DNA of 34,230 nucleotides from Phototrophicales bacterium (GTDB lineage: Bacteria > Chloroflexota > Anaerolineae > Aggregatilineales > Phototrophicaceae), in contig PGTJ01000001.1 of the NCBI GenBank assembly GCA_002794515.1, positions 1 through 34,230 on the forward strand. Reading direction: 5' to 3'. Every line of letters starts with the position of its first letter. Position 1 is the stretch's first letter. The position numbers and the translations under genes were made by a program. Under the pieces are notes generated by a model. It was given only the letters and a program-made list of their open reading frames with translations, was not told the DNA's origin and did no database searches. Positions 1-9,362 of the stretch are shown piece by piece.

Positions 1-63
1 GATTTATGTTACACTGATATCAGATACTGTTCATCTTCTTTTTTTCAGAAAGGCATAGGCAAT

Positions 64-1500
64 ATGCGTAGATTAACCCCTGCTCTTCTGCTCCTGCTGG
101 TGATGTTCGCCTTCACCAGCCTGAGTGTGAGCCTTGCACAAGACCAGACCCAAAATACCGGACAAACCATTCATGTCGTGCAACCGGGCGAAAATTTATA
201 TCGCATCTCGTTACGATATGGGGTTTCGATAGCCGCCATCCAACAAGCCAATAATATCTCGAATCGCAACCTGATTTTTGTCGGGCAACGACTCATCATC
301 CCCACAGGTGGCACAACCCCACCACCGACCAATCCGCCACCGACCAATCCGCCACCAACAACCACCACCTACACCGTCAAACGGGGTGATACGCTCGGTG
401 GCATCGCCCGTCAATTCGGCACAACCGTACAGGCACTTGCCTCTGCCAATAATATCGCCAATCCCAACCTGATTTACCCTGGTCAAGTATTGCAAATCAC
501 AGGTGGCACATCCACACCTCCGCCCACAACCCCTCCGACCAATCCACCACCGAGCAATCCACCTGTGGCAGGTGGCTTTGAACTCGGCGGGCATGTCGAT
601 GGCTTCCGTTATCCCGACCAAATGCGCGGTGCGGGCATGACATGGGTCAAGAAACAACTCTTCTGGTCGCAAGGGCAACCGGCTAGCATCGCCCAACCGA
701 TGATTGACCAAGCACGAAGCATGGGCTTCAAAATTTTGTTAGGCATCACGGGCGACCCTGGTCAATTAGGGGCGAATCGTTCACAATACATCCAAGATTT
801 TGCGGTATTCCTCGCGGGTGTGGCGGCGCTCAATCCCGATGGGATCGAAGTGTGGAATGAACCGAATATCGACCGCCAGTGGCCCGCGGGGCAGATTAGT
901 GGCGCGGCATATACTGAAATGCTCCGCGCAGGATATACCGCCATTAAAAATGCCAACCGCAATGTGTTGGTGATCAGCGCCGCCCCTGCCCCAACGGGTG
1001 CAGAAGGGGCATTCCCTGGTCGTGTGGTGAATGATGACCGCTTCATCCGCGATATGGCGAATAGTGGCGCGGCAAACTTCATGGATTGCGTGGGCATCCA
1101 TTATAACGAAGGCATTTTGCCCCCCACCGCCACATCGGGCGACCCGCGTGGCAACAGCAGTCATTATTCGCGCTACTATCCAACGATGGTCAGCGTGTAC
1201 TCGACAACCTTCCCCGGTAAAGCCTTGTGCTTCACCGAATTGGGGTATCTCTCGCCAGAAGGCTTCGGTCCATTACCCGCCGCCTTCTCATGGGCGGCGA
1301 ATACCACCGTCACCCAACAAGCTGAATGGCTGGCGGGCGCAGTCCGTCAGGCACGGAGCAGTGGGCGTGTGCGCCTGTTGATTGTGTGGAATGTGGATTT
1401 CACCCGTTATGATGACGATCCCATGGCGGGTTATGCGATTATTCGCCCCAATAACACCTGCCCCGCCTGTAACACATTGCGCTCGGCAATGGGGTTATAG
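64..1500 (+). CDS. Secreted cell-wall-binding glycoside hydrolase: signal peptide, 2x LysM, Pro/Thr linkers, clan GH-A TIM-barrel catalytic domain
   Basis: ATG at 64. Hydrophobic leader [18 protein letters not shown]. Two LysM repeats ([35 protein letters not shown] and [35 protein letters not shown]). PPTNP linkers. The C-terminal domain has EVWNEPN and CFTELGY, matching the acid/base and nucleophile Glu signatures of clan GH-A. Confidence 0.8.
   Translation: MRRLTPALLLLLVMFAFTSLSVSLAQDQTQNTGQTIHVVQPGENLYRISLRYGVSIAAIQQANNISNRNLIFVGQRLIIPTGGTTPPPTNPPPTNPPPTTTTYTVKRGDTLGGIARQFGTTVQALASANNIANPNLIYPGQVLQITGGTSTPPPTTPPTNPPPSNPPVAGGFELGGHVDGFRYPDQMRGAGMTWVKKQLFWSQGQPASIAQPMIDQARSMGFKILLGITGDPGQLGANRSQYIQDFAVFLAGVAALNPDGIEVWNEPNIDRQWPAGQISGAAYTEMLRAGYTAIKNANRNVLVISAAPAPTGAEGAFPGRVVNDDRFIRDMANSGAANFMDCVGIHYNEGILPPTATSGDPRGNSSHYSRYYPTMVSVYSTTFPGKALCFTELGYLSPEGFGPLPAAFSWAANTTVTQQAEWLAGAVRQARSSGRVRLLIVWNVDFTRYDDDPMAGYAIIRPNNTCPACNTLRSAMGL
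322..356 (+). repeat. Tandem 15-bp in-frame coding repeat (CCACCGACCAATCCG x2 plus a partial third) encoding the PPTNP linker
   Basis: Identical 15-mers at 322-336 and 337-351, followed by CCACC. Confidence 0.7.
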
Positions 1501-1523
1501 ACCAAACATGATGCTCATTGGAA

Positions 1524-1554
1524 AGCACGGGTATATACCTGTGCTTTTTTATTT
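1524..1554 (+). terminator. Intrinsic terminator after the LysM hydrolase gene
   Basis: Stem AGCACGGG / CCTGTGCT (8 bp including one G-U), a 6-nt loop, then TTTTTTATTT. It starts 24 nt after the stop codon. Confidence 0.7.
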
Positions 1555-1609
1555 GTGACAATGTACGTTATGATATGGTTATCGTCTCCAACGACAGAGG
1601 GAGCAAACA

Positions 1610-3139
1610 ATGGCAAACTTGTTGGTCTTGATTATTCAACTATGGTTGTTCACGGGTGCAATGTTGCTGTTGCATTGGTTTTCACCACGAATTGGGCTTG
1701 CACCATTCATGTTTTATATCTCTGCCATCATTGCTATCCTCAATTTTGCCGAATTGCTCGCCCTATTCATTGAGCCATTTCCGGGCATCGTCATTCGCAC
1801 AGGGGCGCATGTTTTTGTGCCGATATTACTGGTATCGATTTTGGTGTTGTATATCGCTAACGGCACAGCCCCCGCCCAACTGGTGTTGTATGCCCTCACA
1901 GGGGTCAACATCCTTGTGATTACCGTGTTGATATTTTTATTAATTTACATCGGGCTTTCAGATACACCCATGCCTATCACAGGCTTGCTCATGCAAACAG
2001 ACCTGATTAACCTGCAATTTTTGCGTGGTGCAATCGCATCAACAGTGACATTTTTTATCAATTTGTTTTTGATGACCATTTTGTATCAGGGGATCCGAAA
2101 TGTATTCCCCCATTTTCCGATGTGGATAACCATCGGTTTTGCCTTGATTATCGCCTTATGGACAGACTCGGTCTTATTCAATTTGCTCGCCAATTTGGGG
2201 ACACCTCATTTTCAATTGTGGCTACCGGGTGATGTATTGGCAAAGACCATGTCGGGGTTATTGATTGCGCCAATGGTCACATATTATCTGGTGAAGATAG
2301 CCCCCAAATTGAGCGACTATCGTGGCAAAGACAAACGTCCGACATTCGATATGTTATTCGGCATGTTCGGCGGCATCAAAAATACCCTCAAATTGCTTCA
2401 GCAACAAATGAAAGAGCAACAAATCGCCCTGACATCGGCGCAGGAACGAGTCGCTCTGCTCCAAGACATGGTGCGCGATGCCTCGCACGACCTCAAGACA
2501 CCCATTTCATCGCTCATCCTCAAAATACAATTGTTAGAGCGTGTGCAAGACGACACAACACGCAAACGATATATGAACGAACTCAGAGAACAAGCCCAAC
2601 AACTATCGGCGATGGTTGATGATTTATTCACCCTATCTCGGCTCGATAGCAACCGTATCGGCGAAAAACAAATTATCAACCTGACCGAAATGGGCAATGC
2701 GGTGTATCAGATGTTTCATCCAATTGCCGAACAAAATCATCTGCAACTGGTCTATCATCATCCCAATACTCCGATTTGGTATGAAGGATTAGCCGATGAA
2801 TTGGAACGCATCTTCTTGAATTTATTGGGCAACGCCATTCGTTATACCCGTAAAGGCACGGTGATATTATCATTAGACGAAACAGCAGATGATGTGATTA
2901 TCATGGTGAAAGATACCGGTATCGGCATTCATCTGGATGACCTGCCCCATATTTTTCATCGTTTTTTTCGGGCAAAGACCGCCAATCAAAGTGGCATTCG
3001 TGGCACTGGTTTGGGCTTGCCGATTGTCAAGACCATTGTCGATTTACATCATGGCAACATCCATGTCGATAGCCAAGTGAATGAAGGGACAACCTTCACC
3101 ATTCGTTTACCCAAAAAATCATCAGGAGCAGATTCATGA
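1610..3139 (+). CDS. Sensor histidine kinase with a multi-pass (about 7 TM) N-terminal membrane domain; no cognate response regulator adjacent
   Basis: RBS GAGGGAG upstream of ATG 1610. About 230 aa of successive hydrophobic spans. H-box SHDLKTPISS, N-box LLGNAIRYT, G-boxes DTGIGI and GTGLGLPIV. Confidence 0.85.
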   Translation: MANLLVLIIQLWLFTGAMLLLHWFSPRIGLAPFMFYISAIIAILNFAELLALFIEPFPGIVIRTGAHVFVPILLVSILVLYIANGTAPAQLVLYALTGVNILVITVLIFLLIYIGLSDTPMPITGLLMQTDLINLQFLRGAIASTVTFFINLFLMTILYQGIRNVFPHFPMWITIGFALIIALWTDSVLFNLLANLGTPHFQLWLPGDVLAKTMSGLLIAPMVTYYLVKIAPKLSDYRGKDKRPTFDMLFGMFGGIKNTLKLLQQQMKEQQIALTSAQERVALLQDMVRDASHDLKTPISSLILKIQLLERVQDDTTRKRYMNELREQAQQLSAMVDDLFTLSRLDSNRIGEKQIINLTEMGNAVYQMFHPIAEQNHLQLVYHHPNTPIWYEGLADELERIFLNLLGNAIRYTRKGTVILSLDETADDVIIMVKDTGIGIHLDDLPHIFHRFFRAKTANQSGIRGTGLGLPIVKTIVDLHHGNIHVDSQVNEGTTFTIRLPKKSSGADS

Positions 3140-3627
3140 GCATTGGTAAATTTTTAGGTGGTGTAGGTGTGCTGATTTATAACCCTGCCGATAACACCTA
3201 TCTGATGCTCCAACGCGCCCGCACCAAAGATGTCGGTGCAGGCAATTGGGAGTGTATCACGGGACGTGTGGATCAGGGTGAAGGGTTTGAAACAGCCGCC
3301 CTGCGCGAAGTGCAAGAAGAAATTGGCGTGCCGATCATCCTCGACATGCTCATCGGCACGACCCATTTTTATCGGGGTGAGCCAATACCCGACAACGAAC
3401 TCATCGGCGTATTTTATGGCGCACACCTACCACATGCCGATATGCCCATTCGTATCAGCGCAGAACATTCGCAATATCGGTGGATGACCCCACACGAAAT
3501 CGCCGATCTATTGACCGACCAAGCCCATCGGTGGATTGTGCATCTGGTGAATCGGGATCAAATGATGCGTCAGATGCTCCCACAGGCGCTCATCGCTATT
3601 TATCATCATGAAGGATTTGAAATTTAA
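3136..3627 (+). CDS. NUDIX hydrolase
   Basis: ATGA start/stop overlap with the kinase gene, with CAGGAG RBS upstream. The Nudix box GRVDQGEGFETAALREVQEEIGV fits GX5EX7REUXEEXGU exactly. Confidence 0.85.
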   Translation: MSIGKFLGGVGVLIYNPADNTYLMLQRARTKDVGAGNWECITGRVDQGEGFETAALREVQEEIGVPIILDMLIGTTHFYRGEPIPDNELIGVFYGAHLPHADMPIRISAEHSQYRWMTPHEIADLLTDQAHRWIVHLVNRDQMMRQMLPQALIAIYHHEGFEI

Positions 3628-3759
3628 CCCGCCGTTGTGTGAGCGTAGCCCAATCATCATCTAACCGTGCGACCCCGATTATCTGATATGGCGTAGAATG
3701 AGTTTATATCGCACGATTTTATATGGATGTGAATCCATGTCGTAAGGGGAAGGCGCACA

Positions 3760-6288
3760 ATGAGAGTTTGGCGTTGGTTCAAAAAACGGTCACGATTACA
3801 AAAAGTCCTGCTGATTTTAGGGACATTATTCACGGCATTCGGCATATTCATCTATTTTTATGTGTTCGCCGATTTACCCTCAATTTATAACCTAGAACGC
3901 GGATTTCAATTGCCCGCCACGCGCATTTATGATCGCAATGGCAAATTATTGTACGACATTCGCCCGCCCGGTGAATATAACGGCTTGAATAAGACGATCG
4001 AACTCGACCAGATGCCCACCCATTGTCAACATGCGGTCATTGCCACTGAAGATGCCAATTATTATTATCATGCGGGGGTGGATATTATCGGCATGGTGCG
4101 GGCGCTGTGGATTAATCTGCGCGGTGGCGAAGTGTTGGCTGGTGGTAGCACCATCACCCAACAAACTGCCCGTTTATTGCTACTCGACCCATCAAACCGC
4201 ATGGAACGCTCGATTCAGCGCAAGCTGAAAGAGATGGCATTGGCATTGCAATTGCAAATGGCATATAGCAAAGAGCAAATTTTAGAGATTTATCTGAATC
4301 AGGTCTATTTTGGCAACCTCGCATATGGCTTAGAAGGGGCATCACGCACCTACTTTGCGAAATCTGCCGATGCGTTATCGTTGGCGGAATGTTCCCTATT
4401 GGCGGGTTTGCTCCAAAATCCCAGTTATTACGATCCAATCACCCGCCTCGAACATGCCAAAGAACGCCAGAAGGTGGTATTGGGCTTGATGGTACAAAAC
4501 GGATATATCACCCAAGCACAAGCCGATTCTGCCTTGCGTGATGAATTGCAATTCGCCGCCACGCGCTTCCCCATCCAAGCACCCCATGCCGTCATGGCGG
4601 TATGGGCGATTCTAGAGCGACAATATCCCGAAGCATTGTATACCCGCGGGCTAGAGGTCATCACCACCATCGATTTAGATTGGCAAAACACCGCCCAAAG
4701 CATCATGCGTCGCCAACTGAATGCCCTCAATCATCCCGCATCGATCAATGACACACCAGCGAATGCCAATAACAGCGCGTTGGTGGCGATGGATCCGTAT
4801 ACCGGGCAAATTCGTGTGTTATTGGGCAGTCCCGATTATTTCGATGAGACCATCGATGGCGCATTGAATGCGGCATATGCCTATCGGCAACCGGGTAGCG
4901 CCCTCAAACCATTCACCTATGCCGCGGCGATGAACCCCAATTTAGAGCATCCCATGACCCCCGCGACCATGTTGTTGGATGTGAAAACCCCATTCGTCAC
5001 GCGCAAACTGGAAAGTTATGTACCTGCCAATTATGGGTTGGTCGAACACGGTCCTGTATCATTGCGCGAGGCGTTGGCATCGTCTTATAACATCCCCGCC
5101 GTACAAGCCCTAGAGTATGTGGGCATCAGCGAGATGGTCAAGCTATCTGCCAATGCGGGCATGACCAACCTGATTTATAACACCCGTGTGGATTTATCGA
5201 TTACGCTGGGTGGTGGCGAGGTGCGCCTAATCGACATGGTACAAGCCTATAGCATCTTCCCCAATGGGGGATATAAAATCACCCCAAGCCTCATCACCAG
5301 CATCGTCACCGCCGATGGCGAGACGCTCTACACATGGGAAGCCCCACCACTGGAAAATCGTGTGTTGGATGAACGGGTGGCATTCCTCATTACCGATATT
5401 CTCAGCGATAATTATGCTCGTATGGGTGGTTTTGGATTGAACAGCGCCCTCAGAATCGACCGTCCCAGCGCCGCCAAAACAGGCACAACCACCGACATGC
5501 GCGACAATTGGGTTGTCGGATATACGCCCAATCTGGTTGTTGGGGTATGGGTTGGCAATGCCGATAACAGCCCAATGATTGACTCCACGGGGGTCACAGG
5601 GGCGGGACCGATTTGGAATCAGTTTATGCGAGCGGTGTTATTGGGGCAACCCAAACTCGAATTTGATGTGCCAGAGGGCTTAGTGCGGGCAGAAGTGTGT
5701 CATATCAGTGGCTTGTTGCCCACATCGGCTTGCCCACAACGGCGTATGGAATGGTTCATCGAAGGCACAGTCCCCACGGAATACGACAACCTGTATCAGA
5801 CATTCATCTTAGATAACCGCACAGGGGAATTAGCCGATGCCAGCACCCCGCCCGAAAATCGGGTGGAGCGGGTATTCTTGATATTACCCCAAGAAGCGCA
5901 AGCATGGGGCTTACGCACTGGTGTGCGTCAAGTGCCAACAGGCGCAGTATATACCTTGCCCAATGAGATACAAGGCACGCGACTGCTCTCACCAGACCCC
6001 TATTCGATATTCCAAATTTCGCCCAGTGTGCCAATCGAAACCCAACGGGTACGCTTCCGTGCCGCCACGCCACTCGATACACAACATGTCACCTTCATAT
6101 TGAATGGCGAGACCATCAGCACCGATACCAACGCCCCGTTTGATTATTGGTGGCAATTGGCGCTCGGCGAATATGAACTGTATGTCATCGCCACCCGTGC
6201 CGATGGCACACAAGAGACCAGCCAAACAGTAATCTTCAGCGTAAATGAATATCGAGAACCCGCCTCGTATACCGTAGAGCGCCCATGA
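3760..6288 (+). CDS. Class A penicillin-binding protein (bifunctional glycosyltransferase GT51 / transpeptidase) with an extra C-terminal beta-rich domain
   Basis: Membrane anchor VLLILGTLFTAFGIFIYFYVF. GT51 motifs ATEDANYYYHAGVD, GGSTITQQ and RKLKEM. Transpeptidase motifs SxxK (GSALKPF), SxN (SYNIPA) and KTG (AKTGTT). Confidence 0.9.
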   Translation: MRVWRWFKKRSRLQKVLLILGTLFTAFGIFIYFYVFADLPSIYNLERGFQLPATRIYDRNGKLLYDIRPPGEYNGLNKTIELDQMPTHCQHAVIATEDANYYYHAGVDIIGMVRALWINLRGGEVLAGGSTITQQTARLLLLDPSNRMERSIQRKLKEMALALQLQMAYSKEQILEIYLNQVYFGNLAYGLEGASRTYFAKSADALSLAECSLLAGLLQNPSYYDPITRLEHAKERQKVVLGLMVQNGYITQAQADSALRDELQFAATRFPIQAPHAVMAVWAILERQYPEALYTRGLEVITTIDLDWQNTAQSIMRRQLNALNHPASINDTPANANNSALVAMDPYTGQIRVLLGSPDYFDETIDGALNAAYAYRQPGSALKPFTYAAAMNPNLEHPMTPATMLLDVKTPFVTRKLESYVPANYGLVEHGPVSLREALASSYNIPAVQALEYVGISEMVKLSANAGMTNLIYNTRVDLSITLGGGEVRLIDMVQAYSIFPNGGYKITPSLITSIVTADGETLYTWEAPPLENRVLDERVAFLITDILSDNYARMGGFGLNSALRIDRPSAAKTGTTTDMRDNWVVGYTPNLVVGVWVGNADNSPMIDSTGVTGAGPIWNQFMRAVLLGQPKLEFDVPEGLVRAEVCHISGLLPTSACPQRRMEWFIEGTVPTEYDNLYQTFILDNRTGELADASTPPENRVERVFLILPQEAQAWGLRTGVRQVPTGAVYTLPNEIQGTRLLSPDPYSIFQISPSVPIETQRVRFRAATPLDTQHVTFILNGETISTDTNAPFDYWWQLALGEYELYVIATRADGTQETSQTVIFSVNEYREPASYTVERP

Positions 6289-6307
6289 ATTAGAGAATAA
6301 ACTTTTG

Positions 6308-6375
6308 TATCTCTCCTCAAGATATGTTATAGTTCACCCATGAAAATCGCCTTCGCAGAACATTGAGGAGAGATA
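6308..6375 (+). promoter_or_regulatory. Long-range hairpin sequestering the ribosome-binding site of the 6377 gene
   Basis: TATCTCTCCTCAA (6308-6320) is the perfect reverse complement of TTGAGGAGAGATA (6363-6375). The second arm contains the GGAGAG Shine-Dalgarno and ends 1 nt before ATG 6377. The loop is 42 nt. Confidence 0.5.
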
Positions 6376-6376
6376 T

Positions 6377-6946
6377 ATGATATTCATATCGCGGTTTTGC
6401 ATAGCGTTATTGGTCATCAGCGTACTCTCAGCATGTGGCAATAACACACCTGCATCGAATGATATAGCAAACTCCCCAACCCCTGTTTATACGCGCATCA
6501 CTGAAAAGACCTTAAATGCTCTACCGACATCGGTGGAGAATGCCGTTTTATCCATCCAAGTGGGTGATGGGGATCCAATCGGATTTGACATCGAAACGCT
6601 CGAAGCGCTCGGTGTGGTTGAATATCGCGTGATGGACTCACAAGCCATTGGCGAAGAAGCAACTTTTCGGGGTATTTTAGTGCGAGATTTATTAGAACTG
6701 GTCGGCATCCCTGCCGAAGCCAGCAAATTAGTCATCACCGCTTATGATGATTACCGTGTCGAGATACCCCTGTCAGATATACAACAATATCCCGTTTTAT
6801 TAGCCACCATGACCAATGGCGAGCGCATGGGGTTAGATGCTTTTGGACCGACACGGTTTGTTTATCCGTATGGATTTTATAACCTCGACCCGTCTGTTTA
6901 TGATCCGCGCTGGATATGGAGTGTGAAGACCATTGTCATCCGATAA
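6377..6946 (+). CDS. Lipoprotein with a short molybdopterin-oxidoreductase-like (YedY/sulfite-oxidase type) periplasmic domain; putative accessory sensor
   Basis: Lipobox VLSAC after a hydrophobic leader. The body (FRGILVRDLLELVGIP..VITAYDDYRVEIPL..PVLLATMTNGERM..GPTRFVYP) resembles the truncated Oxidored_molyb-like family. This assignment is from memory and was not searched. Confidence 0.5.
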   Translation: MIFISRFCIALLVISVLSACGNNTPASNDIANSPTPVYTRITEKTLNALPTSVENAVLSIQVGDGDPIGFDIETLEALGVVEYRVMDSQAIGEEATFRGILVRDLLELVGIPAEASKLVITAYDDYRVEIPLSDIQQYPVLLATMTNGERMGLDAFGPTRFVYPYGFYNLDPSVYDPRWIWSVKTIVIR

Positions 6947-8486
6947 ACCAACCCCAAACAACCATCTATCATCAGCCACATCACCGCTCCGTTCGGCGGT
7001 ATCACGCGGGGGGGTATTGTTCTTGGCATTGGCATTAGCAACGGCATTAATCGTGCTAGGTATGTTTGTGTTGACCAGTATTGAACAAATGCAAACCAAT
7101 ACGGTCATCACACAAGCCAACATCGATTTTAGCCAGCGCCCATTCACCATCATCCAACGGCATCTGTTGCGTTTGCAAAATCAACTCATCCGCACCGATA
7201 GCACCAGTGCAGAGATTGATGAAAAACGCGCATTTGTCAATAATAGCATCAACGGTATCGGCAATACATTCACCCAAAACACCCTTTCACCTGAACTACG
7301 TGCCGAAACCCAAGCGGCGATTACCACTTGGCGCGAGGAACTTCAACCGCGTGTCTTAGAAATCATCGCCAATGGCAATAACCCCGAAGGGCGTATGGTG
7401 CTTATTGAGGATTTAGATAGCTATGAAACCACTTGGTCCGATTTAAGCACGCGCAATGAAGTATTACGCAAAGCCCAAGCGGGTGAACTGAATCGCAATA
7501 CCGCACTGGTATTAGAGCAGTTGCAGAACCTGTTCATCGCCATTGCCTTCACAGGATTGGGTTTGATGGTTTTCATGATAGCAGTTATTGTTGTCATCAC
7601 TCGTAGCAACCGTCAGTTGATGTTAGCACAAGGGGAATTGCAACAACTCAATCGTGAACTAGAAAGCCGTGTTGAACAACGAACACACGATTTACAACAG
7701 GCATTAGCCGATGCCGAAAAAGCCCGTGCGAGCGCAGAAATTGCCAACAAGGTTAAATCGCAATTCTTAGCCAGCGTGAGTCATGAATTGCGTACCCCGC
7801 TCAATGCTATTCTCAATTTCACCCAATTTGTGGTACGCGGTATGGCGGGTGATGTGAATGAAGAACAAGTCGAATTGCTCTCACAAGTCACTACCAGTGG
7901 AGAACATCTGCTTGGTTTAATCAATGATGTACTCGACATATCCAAAATCGAGGCGGGCGCATTGGAATTATTCATCGAGGCAGATATCGATTTGGCTGGC
8001 GAACTCAAACAAATCGCCTCAATGGCTAAAATGATCTTGGGGGATAAACCTGTTGAATTTGTCACGGACATCGCATCGGATTTGCCCCCCATCACCGCCG
8101 ACCGTCAGCGCGTCTTTCAGATTATCCTCAATTTAGTGGCGAATGCTTGCAAATTCACCGATACAGGCAAGGTGACATTGAGTGCCAAACATCAGCCACA
8201 AGAGAATACGCTACTCATCAGCGTTGCCGATACTGGACCAGGAATCGCCCCAGAAGAGCAATCGCTCATCTTCCAAAATTTTCAACAAACCCGCATCGGC
8301 ATGGAAAAAGGTGGGACGGGCTTGGGATTGCCGATATCGAGTCGACTGGCAGAGGCGCATGGTGGCAAATTATGGGTGGAAAGTGCGCTCGGCGCGGGGG
8401 CAACCTTTTTTGTCCAACTACCTATCAAACCAGCTCACCTCAAACCAACTGAACGCACTATGAAACAGAAAGAGGGACAGATATGA
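6933..8486 (+). CDS. Membrane sensor histidine kinase (two TM spans flanking a ~165-aa extracytoplasmic domain)
   Basis: The start is TTG at 6933 and is uncertain; it overlaps the upstream gene by 14 nt. TM spans VLFLALALATALIVLGMFVLT and FIAIAFTGLGLMVFMIAVIVVIT. Coiled-coil linker. H-box SHELRTPLNAI, N-box LVANACKFT, G-boxes DTGPGI and GTGLGLPIS. Confidence 0.85.
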   Translation: MSSDKPTPNNHLSSATSPLRSAVSRGGVLFLALALATALIVLGMFVLTSIEQMQTNTVITQANIDFSQRPFTIIQRHLLRLQNQLIRTDSTSAEIDEKRAFVNNSINGIGNTFTQNTLSPELRAETQAAITTWREELQPRVLEIIANGNNPEGRMVLIEDLDSYETTWSDLSTRNEVLRKAQAGELNRNTALVLEQLQNLFIAIAFTGLGLMVFMIAVIVVITRSNRQLMLAQGELQQLNRELESRVEQRTHDLQQALADAEKARASAEIANKVKSQFLASVSHELRTPLNAILNFTQFVVRGMAGDVNEEQVELLSQVTTSGEHLLGLINDVLDISKIEAGALELFIEADIDLAGELKQIASMAKMILGDKPVEFVTDIASDLPPITADRQRVFQIILNLVANACKFTDTGKVTLSAKHQPQENTLLISVADTGPGIAPEEQSLIFQNFQQTRIGMEKGGTGLGLPISSRLAEAHGGKLWVESALGAGATFFVQLPIKPAHLKPTERTMKQKEGQI

Positions 8487-8884
8487 GCCAGTCTGTGTTA
8501 TATATCGAAGATGACCCGATGAGCCGACGGGTGTTAGAATTTTTGCTCAAAAAAGATTTAGGGTATGAACATGTCACCATCTTCAAAGATAGTCATAATT
8601 TGATGGAGCGGGTGTTAGAGATTAACCCAACACCCACACTGATTTTTTTGGATATTCATGTCAGACCGGTTGATGGATTTGGCATGTTGAAAGAATTGCG
8701 TCAGCATCCACACTTTAAGGATGCCACCATCATCGCCCTGACGGCGAGTGTGATGAATGATGAAATTGTCTTATTGCGCCAAGCTGGATTTAATGGATTG
8801 ATAGCCAAACCGATTAACCAACGAATTTTTGCACATAGCTTAGATAAGATATTGCGCGGTGAACCCGAATGGCGCGTGTTTTAG
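8483..8884 (+). CDS. Stand-alone response-regulator receiver (CheY-like), canonical residues present
   Basis: ATGA overlap with the kinase stop. Receiver residues: acidic pair EDD, phospho-acceptor in FLDIHV, Thr in ALTAS, Lys-Pro in IAKP. No output domain (133 aa). Confidence 0.85.
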   Translation: MSQSVLYIEDDPMSRRVLEFLLKKDLGYEHVTIFKDSHNLMERVLEINPTPTLIFLDIHVRPVDGFGMLKELRQHPHFKDATIIALTASVMNDEIVLLRQAGFNGLIAKPINQRIFAHSLDKILRGEPEWRVF

Positions 8885-8901
8885 GGGGATAAATAAAACC
8901 A

Positions 8902-9282
8902 ATGCCTCATGCCTTGATTGTCGATGATAACCCAATGAATATCAAAGTGATGACGCGCTTACTTAAAGAAGCGAATATCACCTGCACCGCCATTCAAGAC
9001 CCATCACAAGCCTATGATGTTGCCCGTTCTTTATCACAACTGGATATCGTCTTTTTAGACCTCGATATGCCCCAATATAACGGCTTTCAGGTATTCGATA
9101 TTCTTCATGACGAGTTGGGGCTGACTGTGCCGATTGTCGCTTGTACCGTGTATACCAACGAGATGGCGAGCGCCAAGCAAGCAGGTTTTCATAGCTTCAT
9201 CGGCTATCCCCTCAAAGTGGATGTGTTCATCGAACAGGTGAAGCGGATTTTGAATAACGAACCGATATGGGATAGAGGCTAA
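8902..9282 (+). CDS. Stand-alone receiver domain, paralogue of the previous gene, with the conserved Lys replaced by Tyr
   Basis: Receiver residues VDD, FLDLDMP and VACTV are present. QAGFHSFIGYPL aligns to QAGFNGLIAKPI of the neighbour, so the conserved K is Y here. 126 aa with no output domain. Confidence 0.8.
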   Translation: MPHALIVDDNPMNIKVMTRLLKEANITCTAIQDPSQAYDVARSLSQLDIVFLDLDMPQYNGFQVFDILHDELGLTVPIVACTVYTNEMASAKQAGFHSFIGYPLKVDVFIEQVKRILNNEPIWDRG

Positions 9283-9362
9283 ATTTTTTACCCAAATCTA
9301 ATAGACAGGCATTACAATAACTCGCGTAAATGTACAACCGAGTACGTTCATGGGAGTTTTTT

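Noticed and set aside
6340-6366. 8-codon leader ORF (MKIAFAEH) as a real leader peptide
   Set aside because: It is kept only as a sub-hypothesis in the hairpin finding. It lacks a recognisable Shine-Dalgarno and is too short to evaluate, so it is not reported as a feature.
6933-9282. Kinase plus two receivers as a Detocs-like defensive two-component system
   Set aside because: Detocs has a cytoplasmic TPR-type kinase and a receiver fused to an effector such as PNP. Here the kinase is a classical membrane sensor with a periplasmic loop and neither receiver carries an effector domain. The context (PBP, htpG) is housekeeping.
9330-9362. Upstream ATG as the htpG start
   Set aside because: The GGGAG RBS lies between the two ATGs and fits ATG 9363. 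Hsp90 homologues start about 8-10 residues before the conserved FQAE motif.
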